From assembly GCF_006345805.1 (NCBI RefSeq), contig NC_043001.1:28210001-28274000 (forward strand): a DNA stretch of 64,000 bases, in the 5' to 3' direction. The notes beneath the pieces are model-generated. The model had not been told where the DNA came from, ran no database searches, and saw nothing but the letters and a program-made list of their open reading frames with translations. Shown piece after piece: positions 42,733-57,421 of this stretch (position 1 is the first letter of the stretch; each line of letters opens with the position of its first letter). Origin of the DNA: Octopus sinensis. Lineage: Eukaryota. A program made the position numbers and the translations under genes.

Positions 42733-42965
42733 AAGGCGTGTAGCCTAGTGACTGAGGTGTTGCACTCACGGTCGCAAGCTCGTAGTTTCGATTCCCAGAC
42801 AGGGCAGTGTATTGTAGTCTTCAGTGAAACGCTGCCTTTCACGTTGCTCCAGTTCATTCAGCTGTAAATGAGTGACCCTTCCACTGACAGGCGTTCCGTT
42901 CAGTAGGACTGTTATGATCATGGTCTCTTATGTGCTATGGAAACCGGGTAACCGATCCAATGAAG
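42733..42965 (+). mobile_element. Degraded SINE family D
   Basis: tagcctagtg..gtttcgattcccagac, tttcacgttgctccagttcattcagctg, gaaaccgggtaaccg. Confidence 0.7.
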
Positions 42966-43228
42966 CATAAAACCTGCTATAATACTTTCTAATTCTATCA
43001 TTTACATGTAACAAGAATTTTATCATCCAGTTTTGCAAAACACTTTACTTTATTTACAGCAAAAACATGTTGCTATATACTGTGCAAACTGAATACACAT
43101 TGCACTCTTGCCGCTTATTGATTGTGGGCTGAATTCAGATCTAAGGGAAGGATAGGACCCTAATTAATAGTGAAGTGGCTTGTGAAATAGGCACTGTGCA
43201 GGAAGCGGTTGTGTAGGAAGTCGGGGAC

Positions 43229-43426
43229 AAGAAACAGGAAGAAAGAGTGAGAGAAAGTTGGAGCGAAAGAGTACAACAGGGGTCGCCACTCCACTCTCTG
43301 CCGGATTCTCGTGGAGTTTTAGGTGTTTTCGCTCAATAAACAAACACAACGTCCGATCTGGGAATCGAAACCGCGTTCGTCCGACCGCGAATCCGCTGCC
43401 CTAACCACTGGGCCATTGTGCCTCCA
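43229..43426 (-). mobile_element. SINE family C, 5' half
   Basis: Minus strand tggaggcacaatggcccagtggttagggcagcgga. Confidence 0.88.
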
Positions 43427-43964
43427 CTGCTGTTGTTGTGTTTGGGTTTGCGTTTCCTGTTTGTGTTTTTTATTGTTGCTTTACCTTTAATTTCAAGAAA
43501 GAAAGAATGTGTCCAGATATTAGTTAATATGTGATGAAGAATAAAACAATAACAACATCAACAACAACAATAACAACAGCATTCAAAAACTGTGTGATAT
43601 TTTCTGAAGGGGTTTGTTTGAAGTGATGAAGAAGTGGAGTATTGAAGAAAGTAAACACGAAATGATGATTGATTATGGGAAGACTTCCATTCCATTAGCC
43701 TTTTGTCGATAGTGTCACCAACACAGCCTGTTATTATGACATCGATGTGGTGTACGCGCGTATATTTGTAAAGAGGGAGTGTCTGTATGTGAGTGCGTAT
43801 ATGTACGAGTCTATGCTTTCGTGTGTTGTGTGTATATGTGTGTGTGTGTAGGTGATTGTGTTTAAATATGTCTGAGTGTGGGTATTTTCTCTGTGTAGCG
43901 AAGAAGCAATAACTATCGATCGGTCGAAATTAGCCATTGAAATATCAAGGGATTGCTACAAAAT

Positions 43965-43998
43965 ATTATCATCATCACCATCATTATCATTACCATTG

Positions 43999-44035
<37 letters not shown>

Positions 44036-44302
44036 TATCGTCATAATCATCGTCATCAACATCATCATTACCATCAACATCATCATCATCAACATCACCA
44101 CCACCACCAACAACAACAACGCTACTACTACTACCACCACTACCACTCCACCACCACCACCAACAACAACAACAACGCTACCTCCACCACCAACACCACC
44201 ACCACCACCATCATCATTATTATTGGTGTTGTTGTTGCTGCTATTATCATTATCATAGACATTAAATAACAATGATAACAATATCCATAATGAGGATGAT
44301 TT

Positions 44303-44373
<71 letters not shown>

Positions 44374-44768
44374 TAATAATAAGATAATAATAATGATAAT
44401 AATAATAATAATAATAATAAAACAGTGAAGACGAAAAAGGTAAAGATAATTATTTATAACAATTTCTTTATTGGTCACAAGGGCCGAAAAATAATAATTA
44501 ATAACGCCAGCAATAATCAAGATGGACGAAAAATATATCAACAAAATCAGAAAGACTTATATTAAACAATTACAACACCACCAACAACAACAATAGCGAC
44601 GACGATGACAACGACGACGACTACGAGAACAACAATACGTATGGAACCATAACGAATACTGGACAACTCTGAAAGCAATAAAAGCAAACTAAGAGAGAGG
44701 CAAAAAAGGAAAATCAGATTGTCGTATTCATCATTGTAATACTATTGTAATACTATCATTGTAATACT

Positions 44769-44800
<32 letters not shown>

Positions 44801-44897
44801 TATCATCATCATCATCATCATCATCATCATTATCGTCATCATGATCGATCATGATCATGATCATGATGATGATGATCATCATTATCGTCATCGTCGT

Positions 44898-44933
<36 letters not shown>

Positions 44934-44948
44934 TATCATCATCATCAT
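43965..44948. repeat. CAT/CAC/AAT trinucleotide microsatellite cluster
   Basis: Directly visible. Confidence 0.95.
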
Positions 44949-46673
44949 TGGTGAACACTAAACGTATATTTACTGCTTGGTTTTTCTCGGACAGGAATCA
45001 GCAGTCAAGATTCCAGCAAACTATAGATAGAGTATCTATAGTAAATTTAATCCAATGTTTGTTGTTATTGTTTTCTTTTATTGATTAAGATATGGCATGT
45101 GTATTGTCTTTGTTTAATTTTTTACCAGGTTAAGACATTGATTTCTATAAATTTGAAGGAAGAAATATCACAAACATGATGAAAAATAAATACTATCGAG
45201 AAAGAAGGGAAAGTAGAAAAAAAATTTTTCTTTGATATTAGTATGAATGGCGTCTACCTTTCGGAAAAAAACTCAGGTTAACCACGGTGTGTGAGATGTG
45301 AAGTAATCAATCGCTGAAACACAAAATTAAAAGGTTGTTGGAGACAAAACACAAAAATTTTGTGAGAGCGGTTTGTATTTTAAGTAAAAACAACACGCTG
45401 GTAAATGACAACGATTGGGTAGTTCAAACAATAGTACTATATTTTCTGTGGAAAAAAATATAGAGAACATGTAAAACGAGCAGCTATTCAAATGGTCCAT
45501 TTGAAGGTAATGTTAAGAAGTTAGTGTTCCCTAAGTCAAGAAATTCGCGATAAAAGCAAGTCGAGTGTTTAGTATTTGGCTATACCAGTTGATGATGTTA
45601 TGGTTTATGTGCAATTTTCGTGGAAAAAAATCATGAAAGAGGACATTAGGACATTTTATTTAGCTAGCTGTTTTCTACTTCAACAATAGGGAATGATTAT
45701 TTCGAAATATTAGATCCATACAGATGCTTCTAAACTGGATTGGTTCAAATATCTCTTTGCATGGCTATAATCAAATACATACTGGTGTAATGGGGAAAAT
45801 AAATGTTTCAACGAAGTATGGAAAGCGTAAGTTGAGCAAGGGAAAACGGTATGCTTCCAGTATTTATTCTAATGAAAGGTAAGGCACGTCCCCAAATATG
45901 TAGGACCTTGTGCTTCCGATCATAAGGTTGTGAGTTCGATTCCTGGACCAGACAGCTGTTGTGACGTTCAGAAAGACGCTTCATTTCACATTGTAGAAGT
46001 CTATTATACTGAAGTGAGTACAAGCCGACTACTACTGCATCCTCCTCCTCTCTCTCTCTCTCTCCCAATCTCTCTTCCTCACCCTCTGTCTCTCTCCCTA
46101 TCTCTCTTCTTCCCCTTCTTTCTCTCTTCAGGATGCTCCACTGGGTCTATAGTGTGAGAGTCAAGAGGATGTCTATACCTGTTCGCGATGACTTCGGCTC
46201 CTTAAAAATTAACGAAAATATAGAGCACACTATCAAGTCATTACTTGTTTGCGAGTGACGGCTTTATTAATTAACTGAATAATGATTACAGTGATAATAT
46301 TTAATGACTTATGGAATATTATCTTCGATTCATCTAGTAAAACTGATAACAGAATTCAGTTACTAGATTCCAAGCGATGCTGGGAAATACAAGTGGATAC
46401 AAATTCCATTTGGTCCTGACATTTAACGATTAGCAGAAAATTTTCGTTTAACATTAAGAGCTTTCAAAAGTAGTTTATTGAAGGTTCAAAATGATTTCAC
46501 AATTATGATTTCACTCAAAGTGTTGAATCTATCATTGCATTCTGGTTGAATTTTATACGAGAAAAGTCAAGTATTTGCGATGAAACAAGTAAGGGGTTCT
46601 TTCCATTTGGTGTAATAAATCCCCTTCAATCGGAGATTTCAACCCTAGCAAATAAAAGCACATTAAGAAACCA

Positions 46674-47065
46674 CGCCGGGAGAAATACTTAGCGGTATTT
46701 CGTCTGCTGTTACGTTCTGAGTTCAAATTCCACAGAGGTCGACTTTGCCTTTCATCCTTTCGGGGTCGATAAATTAAGTACCAGTTATACACGGGTCGAT
46801 GTAACCGACTTAATCCGTCTGTCTGTCCTTGTTTGTCCCCTCTGTGTTTAGCCCCTTGTGGGTAGTAAAGAAATAGGTATTTCGTCTGCCGTTGCGTTCT
46901 GAGTTCAAATTCCGCCGAGGTCGACTTTGCCTTTCATCCTTTTGGGGTCGATTACATAAGTACCAGTTATGTACTGGGGTCGATATAATCGACTTAATCC
47001 GTTTGTCTGTCCTTGTTTGTTCTCTCTATGTGTAGCCCCTTGTGGGCAATAAAGAAATAAAGAAA
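46674..47065 (+). mobile_element. SINE family A dimer, slightly 5'-truncated
   Basis: Two units; TSD taagaaacca at 46664-46673 and 47066-47075. Confidence 0.9.
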
Positions 47066-48893
47066 TAAGAAACCAATCACAAGCGGAAGATTATTTGAAG
47101 TGCAGCTTATTGAAGGTGAAATCTACATTGGAAGAACCCTATAGACATCTCCAAAGTCAAGGTTATCATTGAACGGCATAAATGTCTAAATACAGAAAAA
47201 TGCCAGGCGAGTATAAAGCTTGAATGGGGTTAACTATGTCATGAAACCGACATTGCTCTCATATAACTAAATATTGGTTTAAAACTATATACATATTAAA
47301 TTATATTCCAAAATTCCATAGTCTATTTTCGCAATAATGAATGCAATTTTAGTGCCACAAATGAAGCTGTTAAGTGATGAATGTGCACAAAAGTTATGTG
47401 CACAAAACTTAAATCATTTTAATAAAGCTTATCAATATCTATTTGCATAAAATAGCTTCGAAAAATATATTTAGTAAATCGTTATAATTGTAAAATTAAT
47501 TGGTTGTTCTGAGCTGTAGATTCAGTTTGAAGCAATAAACTTTATTTTCAATGTTTGGTATATTTATGTTGAATTCATTTTCCCAATTAGGAAACCATAT
47601 CAGCTTCTCTTTCTTAATTAAAACTAAATTGTTCTTCGCTATAATTACTCTTATATTAACTTTACTTATAATAAAAAAAATAATAATAATAAAGAGAAAT
47701 CCATAATGAATAGGATGAATAACATTTAAGGTTTTTTTTATAAATTTATATTCAACTTTTCCTTTGCAATCTACAGATTATAATCTACTTTGTGTCGCTA
47801 ATCAGAGCTTTTAAAAACCATTGGCAAATCTCACTCGTTATCTCAAGTTTCTATTGTTAATTTTAGAAAGCAATTTCCAAAATTTATTCCTATGTACTGT
47901 TTTTGATAGAACGTGTGCGTTTATTTCAAATGGACATCGATAGGCTGATCACTATGAGCAAGTGTTTCAGTGTGTGTGTTTGCATGTACGTATTATAACA
48001 TTACATCATATATGAATACTAGTGGCTTCATGTAATCCAATATAATTCCGATATCATTGAATTGCCAACGACATATATAAGTATGTATGTATGTATGTAT
48101 GTATGTATGTATGTATGTATGTATGTATGTATGTATGTATGTATGTATGTATACAGCATGTACTCCATAATAAAATTCGTTGTGTACGTGTGAATGTGTA
48201 TATGAACACACATGTATATGTCTATGCTTGTGTGTCTGTTTGAGCAAATATATGAATATAATAATGGTTATACACGTACATATATAAGTACATATAGAGC
48301 CTTAATTGTAAGCCATCGCACCCTCATCATCATAGCTCATCTTTCCTCCTCCTTCTCATCATCATCATCATCATCATCATCGTTATCATCATCATGTATT
48401 TATCATAAATACTCTGCATAAAATCTGGAAGCAATTTTTCTTGTATCCTTCCAATGCGATAAGTAATAAATTTTCTTTTCCTTTTCTTTTTTTCACTAGA
48501 TACATTTTTGTTTTTGCTTTTGTTTCTGGACGACTGACCAAGCCCAACAACGTCTCAGAAAAAAAAGAGCATGCGTAAAATATATTCAGGAAAGAAATAA
48601 AGCCTGCCCAGTGTACTCCAAGAATACATGATTTACAATATAGGCAATATTTATAAATTGAAATCTAAAATAGACCAAGAAAGCTGTCACGTTCTTTTGT
48701 TTCCTTCTGCAAGACTAGTCAGCAAGAAAGAAGATACAGAACCAAATTGATGGCTTTTTCAGAGAAAAGATCCAGCTATAATTACGTCTTTGGATGATTA
48801 ATTGTCAATTACTAAAATCTTATAAAAATAAAACCAGTCAACTTGAAAATTGATTTCAAAACGGTTGAGTAATGTAAACAGCAATATACATAC

Positions 48894-48943
<50 letters not shown>

Positions 48944-48977
48944 TGTGTGTATGTATGTATGTATGTATGTATGTATG

Positions 48978-49024
<47 letters not shown>

Positions 49025-49155
49025 ATATTAGCTGAAAAACAAATATATGTAGATAATTTTGTGAAAATTTCATTTTCAAGCTGTTACTTAGTGTCGACTG
49101 TGACTTCGGGTGAAGAGGAGGAAGTCTACAAGTTAAGGCTCGTTGTTGTTTTTGC

Positions 49156-49205
<50 letters not shown>

Positions 49206-49259
49206 GTTGTTGTTGTTTGTTGTTGTTGTTGTGTTGTTGTTGTTGTTGTTGTTGTTGTA

Positions 49260-49291
<32 letters not shown>

Positions 49292-50771
49292 GCTTTAAAT
49301 CAAGCCTGATCGAAAAGACCTAAGATCAACAACATTTGATTATTTGCCTTCTTGTCCTTTTAGCGGGGTGTCTAGGACCCATTTTTCAAGATTTTCTTTC
49401 CTTATGGAAGAAGATAGCTGGGTAAAATTTGAAAGAAATTTAGCTGTTATTTTTAGCATGGTGAGTGACCATATACAGACTCACCGGTTATGCAATGTGC
49501 CTCATTTATTGGCATAAACATAGTAGCTACAAGATTATAAACAACTCTTTGAAGGTCGCCACTATATGCGGGCACGCAATCATCCTATAAATAGTAGTTA
49601 AAACATCTTAAGAATTTTAGAATTCTATAGATCTTTAAGTAATAAAATGGATAACTGAGAAAAAGAAAAGACCAGCGAGTCATGAGTGAAACGCTTGAAT
49701 ACGAATACTTGATCTGGGTGTAAGCAATTAAAACTACATCAACAGCAACTACTTCAAGATGAAGACTGTAAATAGAAACGCATCTGCGTCTAGTACTAAA
49801 GTTACTGGAAACACAGAGACGTTGTCACTCTGTTATTCCTAGAAGTTAATTTAGTCACATTTAGGTTTAGGTCAATTATCAACGATGGTCTTTTGCAAGG
49901 ACTCGTGGACTGCAGCAATAGGAAAGACTGTATGAGGATATCGGTTTATTATCAAATTAGAGTCACAACCTGAATGGATGCCCCTATTTGATGACGAGGA
50001 GTTAGTTGGTGGTATCAAACAAACGGTGGATTAGATCTATCACTGAAAAATAAATATGGTGTGAAAGGTTTCCCTATATACTTCGTCTAACTAATTTCAT
50101 TTATAAGGGTTTGGTCAATCCGGTGCTACATAGAAATCACTTGTCTAAGGTATCATGCAGAAGAACCAAAACTGAAATCAGGTGATTATAGGGCAAACTT
50201 CATAACCACACTGCAGTGCCTTATTTTCACAACCATTTAGAGGAATGTCACGACTGGGTGTAGCTGTTTGGATGGTGGTAATTTGACGCGGTTGTCTGGA
50301 CTTCCGGTTTGTTTTAGTGACCGTACATTTTGCTCCTGAAAGTAAACGCATGCGCCCGAACACGCAGAAATATATCCGTGTAGAAAGAAAGAAAGAAGTG
50401 GAGAGAGAGACTGTGACAGAGAAAGACAGACAGAGAGAACATATATTTCCTTCTCTTTATACACATGATGAGAAATGTGTTCACACACAAACAGAGAAAG
50501 GATGAGAGAGGAGGAAGAGAAAGAGAGAAGCATTAAAGCATCTGATGTGAAATAAGCCATCATCGAATGAGTGACGCCAAACAAGCAGTAACAAAGGCTT
50601 TCTGTTAATTGGAGAATATCGGCCAGCCTAATCACCAACTGGCTGGCATCACCCGAAAGCTAAGAAAATAGCTAGGAAGCGCATTGTGATCAGCGGTGTT
50701 TAACAACGTCCGACAGTTTGGTAGATGCAGTCTAATAGCTAGACAGACAAACGGACAAACACACGGTCAGG

Positions 50772-50850
<79 letters not shown>

Positions 50851-50854
50851 CTAT

Positions 50855-51044
50855 TTAAAATTATAATTTAGGATATCTAAGAGATACCTCCACGCAGGAA
50901 ATACCTCCAGCGTGGACGTATCTCTTAGATAGCTTAAATTATAATTTTAATACTAATTATTACCTTTGAAAGGTTTTATTCCCATCCTGGCCACCTGATA
51001 AGATCGGTATTTAAATATCGATCTTATCCTTATTTATATAAATT

Positions 51045-51045
<1 letters not shown>
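50855..51045. repeat. Fold-back element within (GATA)n: ~41-bp arms plus a second 32-bp palindrome
   Basis: 50855-50895 pairs with 50910-50950; gataagatcggtatttaaatatcgatcttatc at 50997-51028. Confidence 0.85.
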
Positions 51046-51107
<62 letters not shown>

Positions 51108-51169
51108 ACAGACAGACAGACAGACAGACAGACAGGCAGGCAGGCAGACAGACAGACAGACAGACAGAC

Positions 51170-51253
<84 letters not shown>

Positions 51254-51271
51254 GCAGGCAGGCAGGCAGGC

Positions 51272-51306
<35 letters not shown>

Positions 51307-51325
51307 TAGATAGACAGACAGATAA

Positions 51326-51395
<70 letters not shown>

Positions 51396-52030
51396 GGGTG
51401 GGCGAATGGTTGGTTGGATGGTTGGATGGATGCCTCGATATCTCAATCAGCACATACATACACGCATACAAACTCTCAGAGTCTCAAAGAAGATTTGATA
51501 AATTCACAAGGTCGATATGTCTCCGTAGTATCTCCTCTCTCAGAAGCTAAAAATACCGTATTATCACCAGGATAATCATGACAATGACAGCAGTGATGAG
51601 AATGACGATGGTGGTGGTGGGGTAGCGGTAGTGGTGGTGGTGGCGGCAATGATGATAATGGTGGTGGTGGTGATAATGGTAGTGCTGGTGGTGGTGGTGG
51701 TGGTGATAATGGTAGTGCTGGTGGTGGTGGTGGTGGTGGTGATAATGGTAGTGCTGGTGGTGGTGGAGGAGGTGGAGGAGGTAACGGAGGTGGAGTTAAC
51801 GATTGCGGTGGTGATGATAATGATTGATAAAGATGGAGGTGGTGGTGGTGGTGATGATGATAATGGTGGTGGTGGTGGTGGTTGTAACGGAGGTGGAGAT
51901 AACGATTGCGGTGGTGGTGATAATGATTGATAAAGATGGCGGCGGTGGTGGTGGTAGTGGTAATGATTGTTGCACGAGTGGTGGTGGTGGTGGTGGTGGT
52001 GGTGGTGGTGGTAGTGAAGACGACGAGGAT
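51046..52030. repeat. GATA/GACA then GGT/GAT microsatellites with ~103-bp internal duplication
   Basis: gtaacggaggtggag.taacgattgcggtgg at 51781 and 51884. Confidence 0.9.
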
Positions 52031-52713
52031 GAGGTAACGGCAAATGAAGCCTGCCAATAAACGTTCCAGCGGCTTGACATTCCAAATCGAACTTACTTTA
52101 CAAAGAGTCAAGAGACATCTGGTTCTCTCTTCGGTCCGCCGACACAAGAAAAACTGAAACTGCTTATGACATCTTTATCAAATGATGTATTAGATAAGAT
52201 ACTTATCTCGCGTAAATACCAATCATGATGATCCACATCTTAAGGGGTCATCTAATTGATCTCGCTTTAAAAAGTCGATTCCCTCTATCAGTTGATTTTC
52301 AAGGCTGGGTAGGAGATTATCCCAGATTAAAAGGTGATTGATCGATTCCTTAACCTTCACATTCTTAATTCTTAAATATATTCTGCAGCAGATGAAATAA
52401 ATATTTACTAATAGACTTCTTACAATTAAGGTGTGTACGCGTATAAGCATCTGAATGTGTATGTGCTTATGTGTGTAACACACTACACAGACACCAGGCA
52501 TGCGTGCACATAGAATGATGCACACACACATGAACGTAGATACATATATATATATATATATATATATGTCTGTCCGTCTATATATGTGTATGTGTATCCC
52601 TACATATATGTGCGTATATATATATATATATATATGCATATACATATACATATATATAATACATACATACATATATATATATATATATGTATGTACGTAT
52701 TATATATGTATAT

Positions 52714-52790
<77 letters not shown>

Positions 52791-53090
52791 CATACATACA
52801 TATTTATATATATATATGTATATATTGTGTGTATGTATGTATTCATAGAGGCAAACAGACATTACATTTACAAGAACATACACACTGAATCATACACCCT
52901 TTCCAATATTCCTCTGGCTCTTCCTGACTCATATTTTCCAGCTTATTTCATAAATTTCATGTAAGTATCAAGTGTGTGTTTACATGTGTGTATTTCTAGG
53001 TGAAGAAATTTTATGCGTGCGAGTGTATTTCTCTGTCTGTGTAACTATATTTGCGAGAACACATGTGAATGTGCAAGCATATAATGTATA

Positions 53091-53145
<55 letters not shown>

Positions 53146-53471
53146 CTCTATATGAAGCATTATTCATACAAAATCTTTCAATAAAGTCATATTGTGAGAA
53201 ACTGTGTGTATACATGACCGAGTCATATGCCAGACTAAGTACATTTTAGAACGGAGTTCTTTAATTTTTCCTGTGATTTACGTTTGTTTGTTAACTTTAT
53301 AGGATCAATAAAATATGTACCAGTAAAAGACTATTGGACAAGGCAGTCAACTAAATCTAACATCTCACCATCATAAACGTTCCATATATCTAGGAAACAT
53401 ATACACCGTGTCAGATTCTATTAATACTAAGAACGCGTGTGGCCAAGTAGGCCATTCATATTTTGTCAACA

Positions 53472-53987
53472 TTCTTTTCTACTCTAGGCACAAGGCCCGA
53501 AATTTAGGGGGAGGGGACCAGGCTATTAGATCAACTCCAGTACGGAACTGGTACTTCATTTATCGACCTCGAAACACAGAGAGGACAAACAAGGACAGAC
53601 AAACGAATTAAATCGATTATATCGACCCCAGTGCGTAACTGGTACTTATTTAATCGACCCCAAAACGATGAAAGGCAAAGTCGACCTCGGCGGAATTTGA
53701 ACTCAAAGCGTAGCAGACGAAATACTGCTGAGCATTTCGCCCGGCGTGCTGTTTCTATTTCTTTATTACCCACAAGGGTCTAAACACAGAGGGGACAAAC
53801 AAGGACAGGCAAACGAATTAAATCGATTATATCGACCCCAGTGTGTAACTGGTACTTATTTAATCGACCCCGAAGGGATGAAAGGCAAAGTTGACATCGG
53901 TGGAATTTGAACTCAGAACGTAGCGGCAGACGAAGTACCGCTAGGCATTTCGTCCGGCGTGCAAACGATTCTGCCAGCTCGCCGCCA
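53472..53987 (-). mobile_element. SINE family A multimer with A2-type tail
   Basis: Head at 53987, two A units, then A2 tail; TSD ttttgtcaaca on both sides. Confidence 0.87.
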
Positions 53988-54729
53988 TTTTTGTCAACAA
54001 TATTGTATGAAGTCCATGGTCAATATACAGTCACATGACCCTTTGTAACTTTTCTAACACTTCTGAAAATAAGTCTTCTTCCAGATGATTTTTATTGCAA
54101 ATAAGGATCTCTAGGTTGTAGGCAGGCTTGGTATGCTTCTGTAGCTTTTAACATTTGCTGTTTAACCTTTAGAAATAAGGTAACTTTCGTCTCAATAAGT
54201 AAGGTGCTGTCTCTGCTTCCGTGAGCATCTTATTAAATTTCTGTGCTAATACATTATTTGTGCCTGTTAAACATTTTAGCCAAAACTTGAAATTTTTTTT
54301 TTCTTCTCCTAGTTGTAGTTGATGCCATTGTTATTGTTGCAGTTGTTGTTCTTGTTAATTTTTAGTCTCTTGTATTGTTATGGCCTTGCAAGATGTTCAA
54401 GTGCTGTGTTAGTTGTTTTGAACATCTTTGTCAGTGGTGATGCCTATGGCAGATAGAAGATAAATAAACAGGCGATTCTGTGCAAGAAATCAAAGAAATT
54501 TTTACTATTATTAGCGAGCTGGCAGAGTCGTTTGGCGCGTCAAACAAAATGTTTTGCGTCATTTCTTCCGGAATTTTAGGTTAGTGCTCAAATTCCGCAG
54601 AGATCGACTTTGCGTTTCATTCCTAAAATAAAGAATTAATCAAGCTCTGTGGTCGATGTAATCGTCTTTTCTCTTTTTTCGAAATTGCGATTCTTGAGTC
54701 AAAGTTCGAAAGAATTATCATTAATGCAT

Positions 54730-54886
54730 CAATAACAACAGCAACAACAACAACAACAACATCTACTACTACTACAACTACTACTACTACTACTACTGCT
54801 GCAGCTGCTGCTGCTTTTGCTACACCAACAGATGGTGGATAGCTGAATCAGTATGCAGCGGAATAAATTTATCATTATTATTATTA

Positions 54887-54973
<87 letters not shown>

Positions 54974-55045
54974 ATATTATTATGATCATCATCATCGTAT
55001 CGTCATCATCATTAGTAGTAGTAGTAGTAGTAGTAGTAGCATCAG

Positions 55046-55115
<70 letters not shown>

Positions 55116-55275
55116 TGTGTTTATTTTTGTCCGTATTATATTTTTAACAGTACCACCACAACCACCACCATTATCACCACCACAACCACCACCATTATCA
55201 CCACCACCGCCGCCGTCGTCGCCGTCATCATCATCATCATTCGTCGTCGTCGTCGTCGTCATCGTCATCATCATT
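54730..55275. repeat. Mixed trinucleotide microsatellites (CAA/CTA/ATT/GTA/GCA/CAC)
   Basis: Directly visible. Confidence 0.95.
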
Positions 55276-55794
55276 TTCAAAAGCAGCGATAGTTCAGATA
55301 TATTTCAGCTTCTGTGCTTGCTCTGTGATGCTATTATTATAAACTGCTGCACACGACTGTCAGTTTAATCCGATTAATAAAACCTACACAAATTGTAGAT
55401 TTTAAATAAAATTATTAATCTTCCAATTTTGTGTGGTTTTGCTTTGTGTCTTTGTTTTGTGTTGCAGATATTTGCTGCAGTTTGGATCAATTCGAAAACA
55501 ATGAGATTTATCTCCAGTTTTGAATATTTTCTGAAATAGCTACACAGCTTCTATGCAGTATCCTCAGCTATTTAGTTTTAGATATGCGCGTTATTTAGTT
55601 TCGGTCATGTAGTTATTCATCATGGACGAATTAGACGTATTCTTGTCTGTCTCCTGTCCAAGCTTGCTTCTTCGCGGTCGCTACCTCACTTCGTTTAGGC
55701 TTATCAGCCCTTCCTGTTTATTTTCACTGTCCTGTTTTTGTTACCAATTTTGACCTTTCGCAAAATCCCAAATTTTATTTAATTTCCTTTGCAG

Positions 55795-55885
55795 GAGCAA
55801 CTGATTTATCGAAGGCGTATCTTGTCGTGAAATGCTCGAAATACGAATTTAAAAAGCAGCCTACAACTGATGAATGGTCGTTCAT
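55795..55885 (+). ncRNA. Candidate non-circularly permuted (scrambled) hammerhead-like RNA
   Basis: gagca..cgtaT C ttgt-cgtgaaa-tgctc GAAA tacg..(17 nt)..acaa CTGATGA; pairings gagca/tgctc, cgtaT/Atacg, ttgt/acaa. Confidence 0.55.
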
Positions 55886-56087
55886 TATGTTGCGTGTCTT
55901 TTGTTCCGTGTGTTTCCTTCGTTGTTCGCAAAAAAAGTTCATATTCCATGTATTCGTATTTCGTATTCCATATTTTTGTATTTTTTGTTGTTTACGTTCT
56001 GTGACGTCCTGTGCCCACATATGCATATGTATATACGTACATATGTAAGTATGTATATATATATACGTCGGTATATATGCATACTAC

Positions 56088-56484
56088 AGTGGCTGTGTTG
56101 TAAGTAGCTTGCTTACCAACCACATGGTGCTGGGTTCAGTCCCGCTGCGTGGCAGCTTGGGCAAGTGTCTTCTACTATAGCCTCGGGCCGACCAAAGCCT
56201 TGTGAGTGGACTTGGTAGACGGAAACTGAAAGATGCCCGTCGTATATATGTATATGTATATGTTTGTATATGTTTGTGTGTCTGTGTTTTTTTCCCCCAA
56301 CATCGCTTGACAATCGATGCTGGTGTGTTTACGTCCCCGTAACTTAGCAGTTCGGGAAAAGAGACCAATAGAATAAGTACTAGGCTTACAAAAGAATAAG
56401 TCCTGGGGTCGATTTGCTCGACTAAAGGCGGTGCTCCGGCATGGCCTTAGTCAAATAATTGAAACAAGTAAAAGAGTAAAGAGT
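56088..56484 (+). mobile_element. SINE family B
   Basis: Near full length with GTAAA(A)GA tail. Confidence 0.9.
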
Positions 56485-57002
56485 ATATATATATGTACAC
56501 ATATATACATATATATACAGGTGAAAACTCAACACTTGCGCACTTCGTCTTCTACCTGAAAACCCATACAATCATTTTTCACTCTTCTTCTCTCCCACAG
56601 TGAACTTTGTCTTGCCTTTACAAAAAGTCAATGTCTTAATTTTTTCTTGATTCTTTTTTTTTTACCATCACCTATAACTACTTGTCCATGTATTTTCCCT
56701 CTCAGTAGGAGATGAAGATTTACTCCTAAAACGTCAGCTTCCCATTTCCCTGACACTATATAAACTTTTCCAAACACTTCAGTTTCATCACACAAACACA
56801 TAATATGTCTGTATGCCAATATTCAGTTTATTTCAAGATTTCTTGCCAATAGAGAAAGAACCGATTTCTAACCTAGATCCAAAGTTCCTTCACTGGAATT
56901 TCAACATCAATAACAAGGTATGTATGTATGTATGTATGTATGTATGTATGTATGTATGTATGTTTTATGTATGTATTCTCGGGCATATATAGACATACTA
57001 AT

Positions 57003-57200
57003 TTTACTCTTTACTGTTTTAACTTGTTTCAGTCATTTGCTGAACACAGCCTTTTAGTCGAGCAAATCGACCCCAGAACTTATTCTTTGAAGTCTAGTAC
57101 TTATTCTATCGGTCCTCTTTTGCGAACCGCTACGTTACGGGGTCGTAAACACCCCAGCGTCAAGCGATGTTAGGGGGACAACACAGACACACAAATATGT

Positions 57201-57244
<44 letters not shown>

Positions 57245-57421
57245 ATATACTAACATATATACGACGGTCTTCTTTCAGTTTCCGTCTACCAAATCCACTC
57301 ACAAGGCTTTGGTCGGCCTGAGGCTATAGTAGAAGATACTTGCGCAAGGTGCCACACAATGGGACTGAACCCGAAACCATGTGGTTGGGAATCAAGCTAC
57401 GTACCACACATCCACTCCTGC
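57003..57421 (-). mobile_element. SINE family B
   Basis: Reverse-complement match; expanded internal TA tract; inverted relative to the 56088 copy. Confidence 0.88.
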
